A DNA stretch of 64,000 nt from Rhodoluna sp. (GCA_032111565.1 JAULUM010000018.1:40123-104122); one strand, 5' to 3'. Shown: positions 9,383 through 20,742, counted from the first letter of the stretch. Made by a program: numbers and translations. The notes: generated from the sequence alone by a model not told the origin.

Positions 9383-9787
9383 ATGATGAAGTCAAGCGTT
9401 CTGTTTGTATGTGTCCACAATGCCGGTCGTTCACAGATGGCAGCAGGTTTTCTTAGAGAACTAGCTGGCGACCGTGTAGAGGTTCTCTCTGCAGGAACTC
9501 AGCCTAAGAATGAAATCAATCCAATGGCTATTCAAGCAATGGCTGAACTTGGAATTGATATTGCTGACCAGCAGCCTAAGGTCCTTACAGAAGAAGCAGT
9601 AAAGGCAAGTGATTATGTCATCACCATGGGTTGTGGCGATGAATGCCCATGGTTCCCAGGCAAGATTTATCTAGATTGGGTTTTGGATGATCCAGCAGGT
9701 CTTGGTGTTGAAGCAGTTAGACCAATCAGAGACAAGATCAAAGATCTCGTAACTGCATTAGTAGCAGAAATAGACGCTAAGCCTTAG
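9383..9787 (+). CDS. arsC: LMW-PTP-type arsenate reductase ArsC
   Basis: VLFVCVHNAGRSQMA, ITMGCGDECP, DDPAG. Confidence 0.85.
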   Translation: MMKSSVLFVCVHNAGRSQMAAGFLRELAGDRVEVLSAGTQPKNEINPMAIQAMAELGIDIADQQPKVLTEEAVKASDYVITMGCGDECPWFPGKIYLDWVLDDPAGLGVEAVRPIRDKIKDLVTALVAEIDAKP

Positions 9788-10367
9788 GTTTTCTTGCTGC
9801 TGGCTTTTTAGCCGGAGCTTTCTTAGCAACAGGCTTCTTTGCCGGAGCTTTCTTAGCAACAGGCTTTTTAGCTGGTGCTTTCTTTGAAGTAGCCTTCTTG
9901 GCTGCAACTTTAACCTTGACTGTTGCTTCTCCAACTTTTTCAGTTGCTTCACGTTTAGCATCAGATAGTTTTCTACCTAATTCTTTGCCCGCTTGCTCAG
10001 GGTCAATGTCGAGGTTGATTTTCACACCTGAACGCTTTTCCAGCCAGGTAGCAGCTGAAGATATCAGGTTGCCGATGTTCTCGCCAAGAATATCAGCTTG
10101 GCCTGAAACAAAAGCTGAACCAAACTTCCCGAACCACTTAGCTGCATGACCGAAACCAGTCTTGTTCAAACTGTATGTGCTGGTCTTTCCCTTGGTAACA
10201 ACAGTCAGTAACTCTGCCGCCACCAAGACCTTTAGGTGCTTGTCTAATGCAGTTGCTGAAAGCTTAGTCTTTTTAGCAAGTGCTGCTGTTGTTAGAGCCT
10301 CAGCAGCAACGTATTCAAGAATGGTACGACGGTTCTGATCTGCTAACGCGTTGAATACATCGGTCAT
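9777..10367 (-). CDS. ArsR/SmtB-family HTH protein with a C-terminal histone-H1-like (P/V)AKK tail
   Basis: VFNALADQNRRTILE...HLKVLVAAELL; tail KKAPAKKPVAKKAPAKKPVAKK. Confidence 0.75.
   Translation of the reverse strand: MTDVFNALADQNRRTILEYVAAEALTTAALAKKTKLSATALDKHLKVLVAAELLTVVTKGKTSTYSLNKTGFGHAAKWFGKFGSAFVSGQADILGENIGNLISSAATWLEKRSGVKINLDIDPEQAGKELGRKLSDAKREATEKVGEATVKVKVAAKKATSKKAPAKKPVAKKAPAKKPVAKKAPAKKPAARKPKA
9790..9900. repeat. 15/30-bp coding tandem repeat encoding PAKK units
   Basis: GCCGGAGCTTTCTTAGCAACAGGCTT repeated at 9811 and 9841, plus degenerate copies. Confidence 0.8.
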
Positions 10368-11197
10368 TTTCTCTGCTCCTGGGCTATTTCCTTAGCGCGA
10401 GCTAACGCTGCGCTTGTTGCTTTAAAGAATAAGTCATTGAGGTTACCCTCTTGCAACACTGCAATTGCCTTCATGGTTGTTCCATTAGGAGAAGTTACCT
10501 GTCTTCTAAGTTCAGCAGGGTCACCCTGAGTTTGAACTAGAAGCTCGCTTGCACCAAGGAAAGTTTGTGAAACAAGTAGATAAGCATCTTCTTCACTGAA
10601 GCCATGGCTCACAGCAGTCTTAATGAACTCTTCGATGAAGTAAAAGACATAGGCAGGACCAGAACCAGAGATTGTTGAAAGAGCGTCAATCTGCTCCTCA
10701 GGTAAGACCAGTGTTTTACCAACAGCATCAAATAGTGAAACGGCAACAGCAAGTTGTTGGTCAGTAACTCTTGAACCTTTAGAAACTCCGGTTAGTCCTT
10801 TTTGAATAAGGGCAGGGGTATTTGGCATCGCACGAATAACAGCAACTGAATCTGGAAGATGATCTTCCATAGTTTTGATTTCAACTCCCGCTGCTACTGA
10901 TATAACTAAAGCATCCTTAGAGATAACGCCTCTAACTTCTTCTAATACCTCTAAGACGTAAGCAGGCTTCACAGCAACAAGAACAATGTCGGCACCTTCA
11001 ACTGCTAAAGAGTTAGCGTTTGGTTGATACTCAGTTGCAAAAGCTGTAAGTCCAAACTTCTTTGCAAGCTCATCTGCGCTAGCAACAGATTTAGTTGTTG
11101 CTCTAACATCAGAACCCTTGGTTCCGTTTTGAATCATTCCGGCAAGTATTGCGGTCCCCATAGAACCTGCACCTAGAAAAGCAACTGTTTGTGTCAT
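10364..11197 (-). CDS. proC: Pyrroline-5-carboxylate reductase
   Basis: GAGSMG, RAMPNTP, SGSGPAY, VTSPNGTT. Confidence 0.95.
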   Translation of the reverse strand: MTQTVAFLGAGSMGTAILAGMIQNGTKGSDVRATTKSVASADELAKKFGLTAFATEYQPNANSLAVEGADIVLVAVKPAYVLEVLEEVRGVISKDALVISVAAGVEIKTMEDHLPDSVAVIRAMPNTPALIQKGLTGVSKGSRVTDQQLAVAVSLFDAVGKTLVLPEEQIDALSTISGSGPAYVFYFIEEFIKTAVSHGFSEEDAYLLVSQTFLGASELLVQTQGDPAELRRQVTSPNGTTMKAIAVLQEGNLNDLFFKATSAALARAKEIAQEQRK

Positions 11198-11201
11198 GTA
11201 A

Positions 11202-11795
11202 CTAGTTCAACACAAACTGTGGCTTGTTGGTGCTCAGAATGCCATTTACATCTGCTTCCAGAATGTAGCTTGCTCCACCGGCGGTTACCTCAGGAAGACC
11301 ATCAGCCGCGGCACAACCAACATCACCAGATCTGACTCTGTCCCAAGGGCTAGCAGGGGCTGTGAGGGTTTCGTTGGGCTTTAACATGAGAGGCTCTGAT
11401 GAAAATCTTGGAGCATTGCAATCTTTAGAGTCCCAAATACTGTCAGTTCCACTTGTGATCTTGTAGAAGGTGACATCTGTGCCAAGGTTGAATTTGCATT
11501 CAACACTTCCGGTGTTGGTAACTGAGAACCAAATGTAAGGAGTATCGCCTGGGTTGAATGCTAGTTGTGGCTGAGCATCTTGAGTGCCTACATGGGCTTC
11601 GATACTGATCTGCTGTGATTGGCATTCCGCGCCAGCAACAACTGTTGGCGCTTGGTTCTGATTAAAAAGTGAACCAACCCAACCGAAGAAAGACATGACT
11701 CCGGCGATGATTCCCCAGAGCAATCCGATAACAACGGCTAAGAATACGAGTCGTCTAATAAGTAATTCGCGAGGAGATGGGTATCTAGAAAACAT
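11202..11795 (-). CDS. Hypothetical membrane-anchored protein with a Cys-containing extracellular domain
   Basis: N-terminal TM after RRL; VTNTGSVEC, IWDSKDC. Confidence 0.6.
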   Translation of the reverse strand: MFSRYPSPRELLIRRLVFLAVVIGLLWGIIAGVMSFFGWVGSLFNQNQAPTVVAGAECQSQQISIEAHVGTQDAQPQLAFNPGDTPYIWFSVTNTGSVECKFNLGTDVTFYKITSGTDSIWDSKDCNAPRFSSEPLMLKPNETLTAPASPWDRVRSGDVGCAAADGLPEVTAGGASYILEADVNGILSTNKPQFVLN

Positions 11796-11819
11796 AAGAC
11801 TAGTTTGCCAGCGGGTTTG

Positions 11820-12329
11820 CTATAGCAAGCGAAGCATGCGGGTGTTGCCTAGTGTGTTTTGTTTCACTCTGGCTAGATCTAGGAACTCAGCGATACCATC
11901 GTCAGCTGACTGAACCATCTGTTGGAAGGTTGCCTCATCAACTGGGACATCACTGATTTCCTCAAACCCACAGCGAGCAAAGAAGTCGACCTCAAAGGTA
12001 AGACAGAAGACTCTTCTGATTCCTAGGGTGTATGCGCGTTCGATTAGAGCTTCAACAACGGCTTTACCAAGACCCATACCTCGAGCGCTCTGGTCAACCA
12101 CTAGAGATCTAATCTCAGCCAAATCTGACCACATCACATGCAAGGCACCGGCGGCTAGGATTCGTCCATCCTTAGCTTCAGCGACTACGAACTCTTGGAC
12201 GCGCTCATAGAGCGAGACCAACTGGTGCTGAAGCAGGACATTGCTGTCAACCAGAGGAGCACGCATTGCCTGGATGGCAACGATGTCGCTGGTTCTAGCT
12301 GGTCTTAGAATGAAATCTTTGTCGGGCAT
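11820..12329 (-). CDS. argA: Amino-acid N-acetyltransferase (short GNAT ArgA)
   Basis: LHVMWSDLAEIRSL, VFCLTFEVDFF, NTLGNTRM. Confidence 0.85.
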   Translation of the reverse strand: MPDKDFILRPARTSDIVAIQAMRAPLVDSNVLLQHQLVSLYERVQEFVVAEAKDGRILAAGALHVMWSDLAEIRSLVVDQSARGMGLGKAVVEALIERAYTLGIRRVFCLTFEVDFFARCGFEEISDVPVDEATFQQMVQSADDGIAEFLDLARVKQNTLGNTRMLRLL

Positions 12330-12331
12330 TG

Positions 12332-14782
12332 CTAAATGCTAGCAATTTCTCTCACGTTTGAGGTGAAAATGAACTCGCCACCAACAAGATCAGCAACAAC
12401 ATCGCTTGCGTTCTTAATGACACCCTGCAAGATGCTCTCAGAGATCTGGTCTTCGATTTCACGCTGAACAGCTCGACGCAGTGGTCTTGCTCCCAGTGCT
12501 GGGTCGTAACCTAGCTCAATCAAGCGCTCTTTTGCAGATGTTGTGAGGGTAAGAGTAATGTCTCTCTCCTCTAGGCGTGCGTTTAGCTTCTTGATGAATA
12601 GATCAACGATTTCCATCAATTCAGACTTAGATAGCTGAGGGAACACGATGACATCATCAACACGGTTCAAGAACTCTGGCTTGAAGTGCTTCTTTAGTTC
12701 ATCGTTAACCTTGGCTGCCATGCGGTCGAAGTCGTTCTTTTGGTCACCTTCAAGGTTGAATCCAAGAGCACCCTTAGAGATGTCCTTGCTTCCCAAGTTG
12801 GTGGTCATGATGATGATTGTGTTCTTGAAGTCAACAACACGACCCTGACCATCAGTTAGGCGACCCTCTTCAAGAATCTGCAACAGAGAGTTGAAGATAT
12901 CTGGGTGAGCCTTCTCGATTTCGTCGAATAGAACTACGCTGAATGGCTTGCGACGAACACGCTCGGTAAGCTGACCACCATCGTCGAATCCAACATATCC
13001 AGGAGGGGCACCGAATAGACGAGAGACTGTGTGCTTTTCTGCATACTCGCTCATGTCTAGTGAGATTAGAGCACCTTCGTCATCGAATAGGAATTCAGCA
13101 AGTGCCTTAGCAAGCTCTGTCTTACCAACACCGGTAGGACCAGCGAAGATGAATGAACCTGAAGGACGGTTAGGGTCCTTTAGACCAGCACGCTGGCGAC
13201 GGATAGCCTTCGAAATAGAATCAACAGCCTTCTTCTGACCGATAACTCTTCTGTGAAGTTCTGCTTCCATAAAGATCAACTTCGCAGACTCTTCTTCGCT
13301 TAGCTTGAACACTGGGATACCAGTAGCAGCAGCAAGAACTTCAGCAATAAGACCTTCGTCAACAACACCGTGCGCTGCAACATTTCCAGTGCGGAACTGC
13401 TTGGTCATCTTTGCTCTTTCAGAGATTAGTTTCTTCTCTGTGTCACGAAGCTTGGCAGCACCTTCGAAGTCCTGAGAATCAATTGCCTTCTCTTTGTCAA
13501 CGCGAACTCCAGCGATCTTCTCTTCAAGATCACGAAGCTCTGGTGGTGAAGAAAGAATCGAAAGACGCAGTCTTGCTCCAGCTTCATCGATTAGGTCAAT
13601 CGCCTTGTCTGGTAGGTAGCGGTCAGATACATATCTGTCAGCAAGCTTGGCAGCAGCAACGATTGCACCATCGGTAATTGAAACCTTGTGGTGTGCTTCG
13701 TAACGGTCACGAAGACCCTTCAAGATGTTGATGGTCTGAGGAACGCTTGGCTCGTTAACCTGGATCGATTGGAATCTACGCTCAAGAGCAGCGTCCTTCT
13801 CAAAGTACTTTCTGAATTCATCCAGAGTGGTTGCACCAATAGTTTGTAGTTCACCTCGAGCAAGCATTGGCTTCAAGATAGATGCAGCATCAACAGCACC
13901 TTCAGCTGCACCTGCGCCAACTAGTGTGTGGATCTCATCGATGAAAGTGATGATGTCGCCACGACCCTTGATTTCCTTGATGACCTTCTTCAGTCTCTCT
14001 TCGAAGTCACCGCGGTATCTTGAACCTGCGATTAGGGAACCTAGGTCTAGTGTGTAAAGCTGCTTACCCTTTAGAGTTTCTGGAACGTTACCAGCAACGA
14101 TTGCTTGCGCAAGACCTTCAACAACTGCAGTCTTACCAACACCTGGTTCACCTATAAGAATTGGGTTGTTCTTAGTTCTTCTTGAAAGAATCTGCATGAC
14201 TCTTTCAATTTCTCTTTCACGACCGATAACTGGATCCAGTTTTCCTTCGGCAGCAGCCTGAGTTAGGTTCTTACCGAACTGGTCAAGAACCTGAGAACCC
14301 TTTTGTGGAATGGCTTCGCCGCCAACAGTTGCTGATTCTTTTCCTTCAAAACCTTGAAGCATCTGCTGAACCTGTGCACGAACCTTGTTGGTGTCAGCAC
14401 CTAGCTTGGTTAGAACCTGAGCTGCAACTCCTTCGCCTTCTTTGATAAGACCTAATAGAAGGTGTTCAGTTCCAATGTATGAGTGACCTAGTTGAAGAGC
14501 TTCACGAAGAGATAGCTCAAGAACCTTCTTGGCTCTTGGAGTGAATGGAATGTGTCCTGTTGGAGGCTGCTGTCCTTGACCGATGATCTCCTTGACCTGG
14601 TCTCTAACTGCCTCTTGAGAAATACCGAGTGCTTCTAGCGCCTTAGCGGCTACGCCTTCGCCTTCGTGGATCAGACCGAGCAGGATGTGCTCAGTACCGA
14701 TGTAGTTGTGATTTAGTGACTTAGCTTCTTCTTGAGCTAAAACAACTACCCTGCGGGCCTTGTCGGTGAACTTCTCGAACAT
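12332..14782 (-). CDS. clpC: ATP-dependent Clp protease ATP-binding subunit ClpC
   Basis: [20 protein letters not shown], two Walker A motifs ([16 protein letters not shown]); ATG at 14782 after AAGGAG. Confidence 0.96.
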   Translation of the reverse strand: MFEKFTDKARRVVVLAQEEAKSLNHNYIGTEHILLGLIHEGEGVAAKALEALGISQEAVRDQVKEIIGQGQQPPTGHIPFTPRAKKVLELSLREALQLGHSYIGTEHLLLGLIKEGEGVAAQVLTKLGADTNKVRAQVQQMLQGFEGKESATVGGEAIPQKGSQVLDQFGKNLTQAAAEGKLDPVIGREREIERVMQILSRRTKNNPILIGEPGVGKTAVVEGLAQAIVAGNVPETLKGKQLYTLDLGSLIAGSRYRGDFEERLKKVIKEIKGRGDIITFIDEIHTLVGAGAAEGAVDAASILKPMLARGELQTIGATTLDEFRKYFEKDAALERRFQSIQVNEPSVPQTINILKGLRDRYEAHHKVSITDGAIVAAAKLADRYVSDRYLPDKAIDLIDEAGARLRLSILSSPPELRDLEEKIAGVRVDKEKAIDSQDFEGAAKLRDTEKKLISERAKMTKQFRTGNVAAHGVVDEGLIAEVLAAATGIPVFKLSEEESAKLIFMEAELHRRVIGQKKAVDSISKAIRRQRAGLKDPNRPSGSFIFAGPTGVGKTELAKALAEFLFDDEGALISLDMSEYAEKHTVSRLFGAPPGYVGFDDGGQLTERVRRKPFSVVLFDEIEKAHPDIFNSLLQILEEGRLTDGQGRVVDFKNTIIIMTTNLGSKDISKGALGFNLEGDQKNDFDRMAAKVNDELKKHFKPEFLNRVDDVIVFPQLSKSELMEIVDLFIKKLNARLEERDITLTLTTSAKERLIELGYDPALGARPLRRAVQREIEDQISESILQGVIKNASDVVADLVGGEFIFTSNVREIASI

Positions 14783-14874
14783 TGATTTCTCCTTTGACAC
14801 ATTTAGTGCTTACAAAGAAGATAACCCTGAAAAGACCCGATTTATAGGGCTGTTCGCCAATGGGGGAACGCTAT

Positions 14875-15264
14875 TTAGAAGGCTGGCCCCATGGCTAGTT
14901 GAACAGCCAGAGCACCAAGGAAGCCAGCGGCTATGGAGATAAGGTGCTGGTTACGGGTTAGAGCAAAAGGTTTGGTTGCCTTTATGCCTTTGTAGTTGGC
15001 AACCATGGTCTTCTTAGCCTCTACATCGTTTGCATACTGAGCAAGAGCTGCCTGGTAGCCAGGAATCTTTAGCCCGCTGAGGGTAATGATCACTGTATTG
15101 CTGGCTAGATATCCAGCCACAGCAACTATTGGCAGGAAGAAAGCTGCTCCAAAGGAGATGCTCATAAACATCAAGACCATGAGACCACCACCGTAGATGA
15201 CCATGTTCTTTACAAAAGTAGTGTTCATGTAAACCACGTAGTGCTCGGCTTTATTCTGTTCCAT
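14875..15264 (-). CDS. Hypothetical membrane protein
   Basis: 129-aa ORF with hydrophobic segments and RBS AGGGGG. Confidence 0.55.
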   Translation of the reverse strand: MEQNKAEHYVVYMNTTFVKNMVIYGGGLMVLMFMSISFGAAFFLPIVAVAGYLASNTVIITLSGLKIPGYQAALAQYANDVEAKKTMVANYKGIKATKPFALTRNQHLISIAAGFLGALAVQLAMGPAF

Positions 15265-15284
15265 TTGATCCCCCTTTGGGCTTG

Positions 15285-15458
15285 CTATTCTTTGGTGTGC
15301 TTAGCAGCTAGCTTTGCTCGCTCTTCAGCTTCAATTTGTGCTCTAACTTTACGCTCTTTAGCGTCAGCTCCGATGATTGACTTGAAGAGAAGATAAACAA
15401 CAAACATCATGCCAATCGGTGGCAAGGTTGCGATTACTGCATCTAGAAATACCTGCAT
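15285..15458 (-). CDS. Small single-TM hypothetical protein (57 aa) downstream of lysS
   Basis: Not in the ORF track. MQVFLDAVIATLPPIGMMFVVYLLFKSIIGADAKERKVRAQIEAEERAKLAAKHTKE, 2 nt after the lysS stop. Confidence 0.75.
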   Translation of the reverse strand: MQVFLDAVIATLPPIGMMFVVYLLFKSIIGADAKERKVRAQIEAEERAKLAAKHTKE

Positions 15459-15460
15459 GA

Positions 15461-16960
15461 TTACTTAACCAAAGGGAACATGATTGTTTCGCGGATACCA
15501 AGACCGGTTAGGCTCATCAACAATCTGTCGATGCCCATACCCATTCCACCTGTTGGTGGCATACCAAACTCAAGTGCCTTCAGGAAGTCTTCATCTAGTT
15601 TCATGGCTTCTGGATCACCAGCAGCAGATAACTTAACTTGAGCTACAAATCTTTCTCTCTGAATAACAGGGTCAACTAGCTCTGAGTAGCCGGTAGCTTG
15701 CTCATAGCCTCTGATGTATAGGTCCCACTTCTCAACTACTCCTGGCTTTGATCTGTGGTTACGCACTAAAGGTGAAGTGTCAACAGGGAAATCCATAACG
15801 AAGGTTGGTTTCTGTAGGTCGCCCTTTACAAAGTGCTCCCAAAGCTCTTCAACATATTTACCGTGCAGTGGGTGATCAATCTCAAGACCTTCTTTATCTG
15901 CAAGTGCCTTTAGAACCTTGATGTCAGTATCTGGAGTGATTTCAACTCCTGCAGCCTCTGAAAGAGATTCGAACATTGAAACTCTTGCCCATTCACCAGA
16001 TAGGTCATTGACTTCACCATCTTCTAGTTGAACCTGTAAAGTTCCGAAAACATCCATGGCTGCATTCTGAATCAAAGTCTGAGTTAGCTCTGCCATGGTG
16101 TTGTAATCACCATAGGCTTCATATGCTTCAAGCATCGCAAACTCAGGTGAGTGAGTGCGGTCAGCACCTTCGTTTCTAAAGTTTCTGTTGATCTCATAAA
16201 CACGATCGATGCCACCAACTACTGCTCTCTTGAGGAATAGCTCTGGTGCAATACGAAGGAACAGTTCTGTATCAAAAGCATTTGAGTGAGTCTTGAATGG
16301 TCTTGCAGATGCTCCACCGTGAATGGTTTGAAGCATAGGTGTCTCAACTTCAATGAAGTCATCTTTAGTAAAGGTATTACGCAAAGATTGCATTACCTTA
16401 CTTCTAATCTGAACAACTTCACGAGCACGGTCACGAACAATTAAATCAACGAAACGGTGACGAACTCTGTACTCTTCACCTAGTTCGTTATGCAAGTTAG
16501 GAAGAGGTCTAATTGTCTTAGCTGCAATTGCCCAGCTATCAACAAGAATTGAAAGCTCTCCGCGCTTAGAGGTAATTACTTCACCTTCAACGAATAGGTG
16601 ATCTCCTAGATCAACAAGCTCTTTGTATTCTTCAAGTTTTTCTTCGCCAACCTTGTCAAGTGAAAGCATTACCTGAATACGAGAACCGGTTCCTGCCTGC
16701 AAGGTAGCAAAGCAAAGCTTTCCGGTGTTTCTCTGGAACATAACTCGACCTGCTAGCGAAACCTTGTCGCCAGTTGCAACATCAATCTCTAAATCTGGGT
16801 ACTTGTGCTTGACCTGGTCAATGGTGTGGGTAATAGGAAGGCTAACTGGGTAAGCATCTTGGCCTGAAGCAAGGATGCGCTCACGCTTAGCCATACGAAT
16901 AGCGATCTGTTCTGGTAGATCCTGTTCGTCTTCAATTGGGGCTAATTGTTCGTCGGTCAT
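15461..16960 (-). CDS. lysS: Lysine--tRNA ligase (class II)
   Basis: [38 protein letters not shown]. Confidence 0.96.
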   Translation of the reverse strand: MTDEQLAPIEDEQDLPEQIAIRMAKRERILASGQDAYPVSLPITHTIDQVKHKYPDLEIDVATGDKVSLAGRVMFQRNTGKLCFATLQAGTGSRIQVMLSLDKVGEEKLEEYKELVDLGDHLFVEGEVITSKRGELSILVDSWAIAAKTIRPLPNLHNELGEEYRVRHRFVDLIVRDRAREVVQIRSKVMQSLRNTFTKDDFIEVETPMLQTIHGGASARPFKTHSNAFDTELFLRIAPELFLKRAVVGGIDRVYEINRNFRNEGADRTHSPEFAMLEAYEAYGDYNTMAELTQTLIQNAAMDVFGTLQVQLEDGEVNDLSGEWARVSMFESLSEAAGVEITPDTDIKVLKALADKEGLEIDHPLHGKYVEELWEHFVKGDLQKPTFVMDFPVDTSPLVRNHRSKPGVVEKWDLYIRGYEQATGYSELVDPVIQRERFVAQVKLSAAGDPEAMKLDEDFLKALEFGMPPTGGMGMGIDRLLMSLTGLGIRETIMFPLVK

Positions 16961-17832
16961 GCCGGCTCCTGAATATAGAAAGTTATGTTGTCAATAAGTC
17001 GAACTCCGTCCACCACAACTGCAACAAGTAACTGGACTTCGCCATGGAACCCGTCGCTTGTTGGTGAAAAGGTACTCTTATCAACTAGCGCTAGATAATC
17101 AAGTTTAGCCAGAGGTGGGCAATCCAGAGCGCTACTAGCCTCAGCCAAGGCAACCGATGGTTTCTCACCTTCGGATATGCTCTCCTGAACCTGCATCATG
17201 CTAGTAAAGAGCGTAGGAGCGAAGCTTCTTCCTTCTTTGGATAAGAACCTATTCCTACTGGATTTAGCCAGATAGTCATCTTCTCTAACTGTTGAGGCTT
17301 CAATGATCTCGATGGAGTCATTGAATTCTCGATGCACCATTCGCTTGATTAGAAACAGCTGCTGAGCATCCTTAGCCCCAAAGACAGCAACCTCAGGCTT
17401 GACCACCTCAAAGAACCAAGAGACCACCTGGAGCATTCCCTCAAAGTGTCCAGGTCTTGCTACACCTTCAAACACTGTTCCTAGAGCCCCAGCTCTTGGT
17501 TTTGGTTCGGCAGCAGATCCGTCTGGATAAACTTCCTCAACGCTTGGGACAAACAAGAGAGCAGGCGGACTATCTAGAGCTGATAATGCCTTGATGTCAC
17601 TCTCTAGAGTTCTTGGGTATCTATCAAAATCTTCGCTCTTACCAAACTGGGTTGGGTTCACAAAGATGCTCATCACAACAAAGGCTTCTTGAATCTGATT
17701 GCCTTCTTCAATGAGAGATAGATGACCTTCGTGCAGAGCACCCATGGTTGGAACGAAGACAACAGTTTTGCCTATAGCTTTAGCCTGAGCGATTTCACTC
17801 TGTAGTTCACTAACGGTTTCAACTAACTTCAA
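16957..17832 (-). CDS. panC: Pantoate--beta-alanine ligase
   Basis: [33 protein letters not shown]. Confidence 0.94.
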   Translation of the reverse strand: MKLVETVSELQSEIAQAKAIGKTVVFVPTMGALHEGHLSLIEEGNQIQEAFVVMSIFVNPTQFGKSEDFDRYPRTLESDIKALSALDSPPALLFVPSVEEVYPDGSAAEPKPRAGALGTVFEGVARPGHFEGMLQVVSWFFEVVKPEVAVFGAKDAQQLFLIKRMVHREFNDSIEIIEASTVREDDYLAKSSRNRFLSKEGRSFAPTLFTSMMQVQESISEGEKPSVALAEASSALDCPPLAKLDYLALVDKSTFSPTSDGFHGEVQLLVAVVVDGVRLIDNITFYIQEPA

Positions 17833-18548
17833 TCGTTTTCGCCTTCTAGTAAATCTGCTGGGTCAATCTCAACAACAGCACTTCTCAGAGATTCCTCTAA
17901 AGCAGATCTCATGATGCCGGAAAGAATCTGTCTTGACTTATCAATGTTTGCATCTTCAAGCAAAGTAATTGCTTGCCCAACAATCAAAGACGTGAAGGAT
18001 GAGGCAACCGAAATCGCTTCAGCGTATTTTGTTCTTGCTTCAATAGGAACATGAACAGGTTCCCCACCTAACTCAATAGCAAGAGTTTGAACAACAGGTA
18101 ACACTGCCTTTGGTGAGTCAACAGCGATGTAAGAATCCAGAAGCCTGGTTCTATCAACAGATGCAATACCGGTGAAACGTATTGCCGGGTGAATAGCCAT
18201 TGGAACAACACCTAGCGACAGAGCTTCATCAAAGACTTCATAACCATAATCAGGTGAAGTGTGTGCAACAAGTTGCCCTCTTGAAAAAGATTCTGTCTTT
18301 ACTAAACCAGAAACAAGTTTCTCTATTTCGCTTCCTGGAATTGCCAAGATGACTAAATCAACATCAGCAACTGCATCAATAACAGGCTTGATTGAAACCC
18401 CAGGCAGAACAGCACTAACCTGTTCTGCTCTGGCTGGATCTGTTGTTGCCATCGCCATTAAGGAATGTCCTGCGTCTGAGATGGCTTTGGCCATTGCTAG
18501 ACCTACTGGTCCTGCTCCTATGACAGCAACGTTTAGTCGACTAGTCAT
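17829..18548 (-). CDS. Rossmann-like + DUF2520 protein (PanG-like putative ketopantoate reductase)
   Basis: IGAGPVG, HTS, AIHPA; adjacent to panC; ATG at 18548 preferred. Confidence 0.75.
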   Translation of the reverse strand: MTSRLNVAVIGAGPVGLAMAKAISDAGHSLMAMATTDPARAEQVSAVLPGVSIKPVIDAVADVDLVILAIPGSEIEKLVSGLVKTESFSRGQLVAHTSPDYGYEVFDEALSLGVVPMAIHPAIRFTGIASVDRTRLLDSYIAVDSPKAVLPVVQTLAIELGGEPVHVPIEARTKYAEAISVASSFTSLIVGQAITLLEDANIDKSRQILSGIMRSALEESLRSAVVEIDPADLLEGEND

Positions 18549-19011
18549 CTTTCTTCTTATCGTTCGGTAGTTTGCATACTTGCTCAACTACAAAACCAAC
18601 AACTAACAGAAGTAATCCGGCAGCTAATGCTGTGATGTTCAGAGTTGTTGCTTCTGGGACAACAACAGGAGCAGTGAACTGCTTCAGCAGAACACCAGCA
18701 TGCCAACCAATAAAGAGTGCTCCGGTGATAGCTGCTGCTTTAGAAATTAGAAGAACACGAAATGCATAAAAAGGATTAACTGGAAGCAATCTGTTTGGTG
18801 TTGCGGCCTTGACTAGGTTCTTCTTGTATTTCCAGATAGGAACAGCAAGCCCGATAAGTATCAATGCAATCAATGCTGTTGAAAGAGCAAGGGTTGCTCC
18901 ACTGATTGGAACTTCAAAACCATTGTTAACAGCCCAGGTGCTGTAACCAAAACCAACAACAGCTGACGCTATTGCTACTAGAGCAATCATTAGAGGACTG
19001 ATTGGTTTCAA
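18541..19011 (-). CDS. DUF3180 family membrane protein
   Basis: C-terminal EQVCKLP and position after folK. Confidence 0.75.
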   Translation of the reverse strand: MKPISPLMIALVAIASAVVGFGYSTWAVNNGFEVPISGATLALSTALIALILIGLAVPIWKYKKNLVKAATPNRLLPVNPFYAFRVLLISKAAAITGALFIGWHAGVLLKQFTAPVVVPEATTLNITALAAGLLLLVVGFVVEQVCKLPNDKKKDD

Positions 19012-19493
19012 TTGAGTTTCACCTGATCTACATAAACTTCAGCTAACTTCTCTATTCTGCCAACTCCAGGAAGTTCTGCTTTCTGATTCATTAGATACCA
19101 AGGAACAATCACAAATGATCTGTTCTTAGCCTCTGGGTGAGGAATGACTAGATCTGGAGATCTGTAATGAGTGTTGCCATAGGTAATGATGTCGATGTCA
19201 ATGTTTCTATCGCCCCAGCGCTCTTTGCGCTTTCTACCTAGCTTTTGCTCAATGGCTTGTAATGCCTTTAGTAATTGCTCAGGCTTTAGTGGAGTCTCAA
19301 TTTCAGCCACGCAGTTTAGGAATCTCGGCTTTGATGAATCAACCCCAGCTAAAGTCAGGGCTTTAGATTCAACTACTGGTGAAATGTCGGTTAGGTATAT
19401 TTCAGGAGTTGTTGAGATAAGGGCAAGGGCTTTGACTAACCACTTTCGACGCTGACCTAAATTACTTCCAAGAGCTATGACAGCAACTGTCAT
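19008..19493 (-). CDS. folK: 2-amino-4-hydroxy-6-hydroxymethyldihydropteridine diphosphokinase
   Basis: IALGSNLG, RWGDRNIDIDI, PHP. Confidence 0.93.
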   Translation of the reverse strand: MTVAVIALGSNLGQRRKWLVKALALISTTPEIYLTDISPVVESKALTLAGVDSSKPRFLNCVAEIETPLKPEQLLKALQAIEQKLGRKRKERWGDRNIDIDIITYGNTHYRSPDLVIPHPEAKNRSFVIVPWYLMNQKAELPGVGRIEKLAEVYVDQVKLN

Positions 19494-19864
19494 TAGTTCT
19501 CTCGCTTTGCCTTGACTGTGATGCTGACATCCTCAAACTCATAAGGAATAGGTGCACCTGGTTTATGAACAGTGATCTTTGCCTTGAGAACTTTGCCGGC
19601 GCCAAAGTTCAATGCGTAATCAAGAAGTCTTTGAGCCAAGGTCTCTAATAGATCAACTGGGTTGTTCTTAGTTAGTTCCACTAAGCCTTTAGCAAGGTCA
19701 CCGTAGTGAGCTGTGTGATTGAGATCATCTGAGAAAGCTGCCTTATCGCCATCAACCCAGATACTCGCATCTATATAGAAGTCTTGGCCGTTTTGTCTCT
19801 CAAAATCAAATACGCCATGGTGCGCGAAGACTCTAAGTCCGGTGATGGTTATCTTGTGGCGCAT
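19493..19864 (-). CDS. folB: Dihydroneopterin aldolase
   Basis: AHHGVFDFER, DLLETLA, VHKP. Confidence 0.92.
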   Translation of the reverse strand: MRHKITITGLRVFAHHGVFDFERQNGQDFYIDASIWVDGDKAAFSDDLNHTAHYGDLAKGLVELTKNNPVDLLETLAQRLLDYALNFGAGKVLKAKITVHKPGAPIPYEFEDVSITVKAKREN

Positions 19865-19878
19865 AGGTCAATTCTGCC

Positions 19879-20742
19879 CTAGGAAGAGCTCTTGTCTGCT
19901 TCACCCTCGTGCAAAGCCCCAACAATGCTTATGGCATCTGTTGTAGCAAGTACGTTGTGAACCCTTACTCCCCATAGCTTTCTCTGCATAAGTAGAGCCG
20001 TTAGAACAGCGGTAGCAACATCTCTTCTCTCATGAGAGACAGAGTTAGGCTCTTCCTGATCCAGAGCGCCTGCAATGAACCTCTTTCTAGAGGCACCAAC
20101 AAGGATTGGTAAACCTAGCTTCTCTAGTTCATCGAGTCTTGCAACTAGTTGCCAGTTCTGCTTCATGTCTTTAGCAAAGCCAAGACCTGGGTCAATAACA
20201 ATCTTTGATCTTTCAACACCAGCTTCAATAGCTGCATTAACTCTTTCCTTGAGTTCATTGGCAACCTCAACTGCAACATCTGCATATGAGTTCATGGTGT
20301 CCATGACATTCGAGTGTCCACGCCAGTGAGAAATAACTAGGGTTGCTTTTGTTTCAGCAGCAACCTTGAACATGTTCTCATCAGCAAGACCACCGGAAAC
20401 ATCGTTGATGATAGTTGCTCCAAGTAATACTGCAGCAAGAGCTGTTTCAGAGTTCATGGTGTCAATAGAAATAGCACAGCCCAAGTCTTCATCAACAATC
20501 TTGGCAATGACAGGAAGAACTCTTTCTTGTTCTTCTTCAACAGAGATACGAACTGCACCTGGTCTTGTTGACTCACCACCAACATCAATAATGTCTGCAC
20601 CACTGATCTGCAATAACTTTGCATGATCGATAGCTGCTTGTAGAGCTAGGAATTGATTACCGTCGCTGAAACTATCTGGTGTTGTGTTCAACACACCCAT
20701 TACAAGGGGTCTTACTTTAGGCGCAGTTGGGTTGTATTTCAT
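19879..20742 (-). CDS. folP: Dihydropteroate synthase
   Basis: GVLNTTPDSFSDG, GGESTRPG, DPGLGF, SRKRF, RVHNV. Confidence 0.95.
   Translation of the reverse strand: MKYNPTAPKVRPLVMGVLNTTPDSFSDGNQFLALQAAIDHAKLLQISGADIIDVGGESTRPGAVRISVEEEQERVLPVIAKIVDEDLGCAISIDTMNSETALAAVLLGATIINDVSGGLADENMFKVAAETKATLVISHWRGHSNVMDTMNSYADVAVEVANELKERVNAAIEAGVERSKIVIDPGLGFAKDMKQNWQLVARLDELEKLGLPILVGASRKRFIAGALDQEEPNSVSHERRDVATAVLTALLMQRKLWGVRVHNVLATTDAISIVGALHEGEADKSSS

Noticed and set aside
9383-10367. arsC + arsR as an arsenic resistance operon
   Set aside because: The genes are convergent, the regulator has no Cys, and no arsenite exporter is present.
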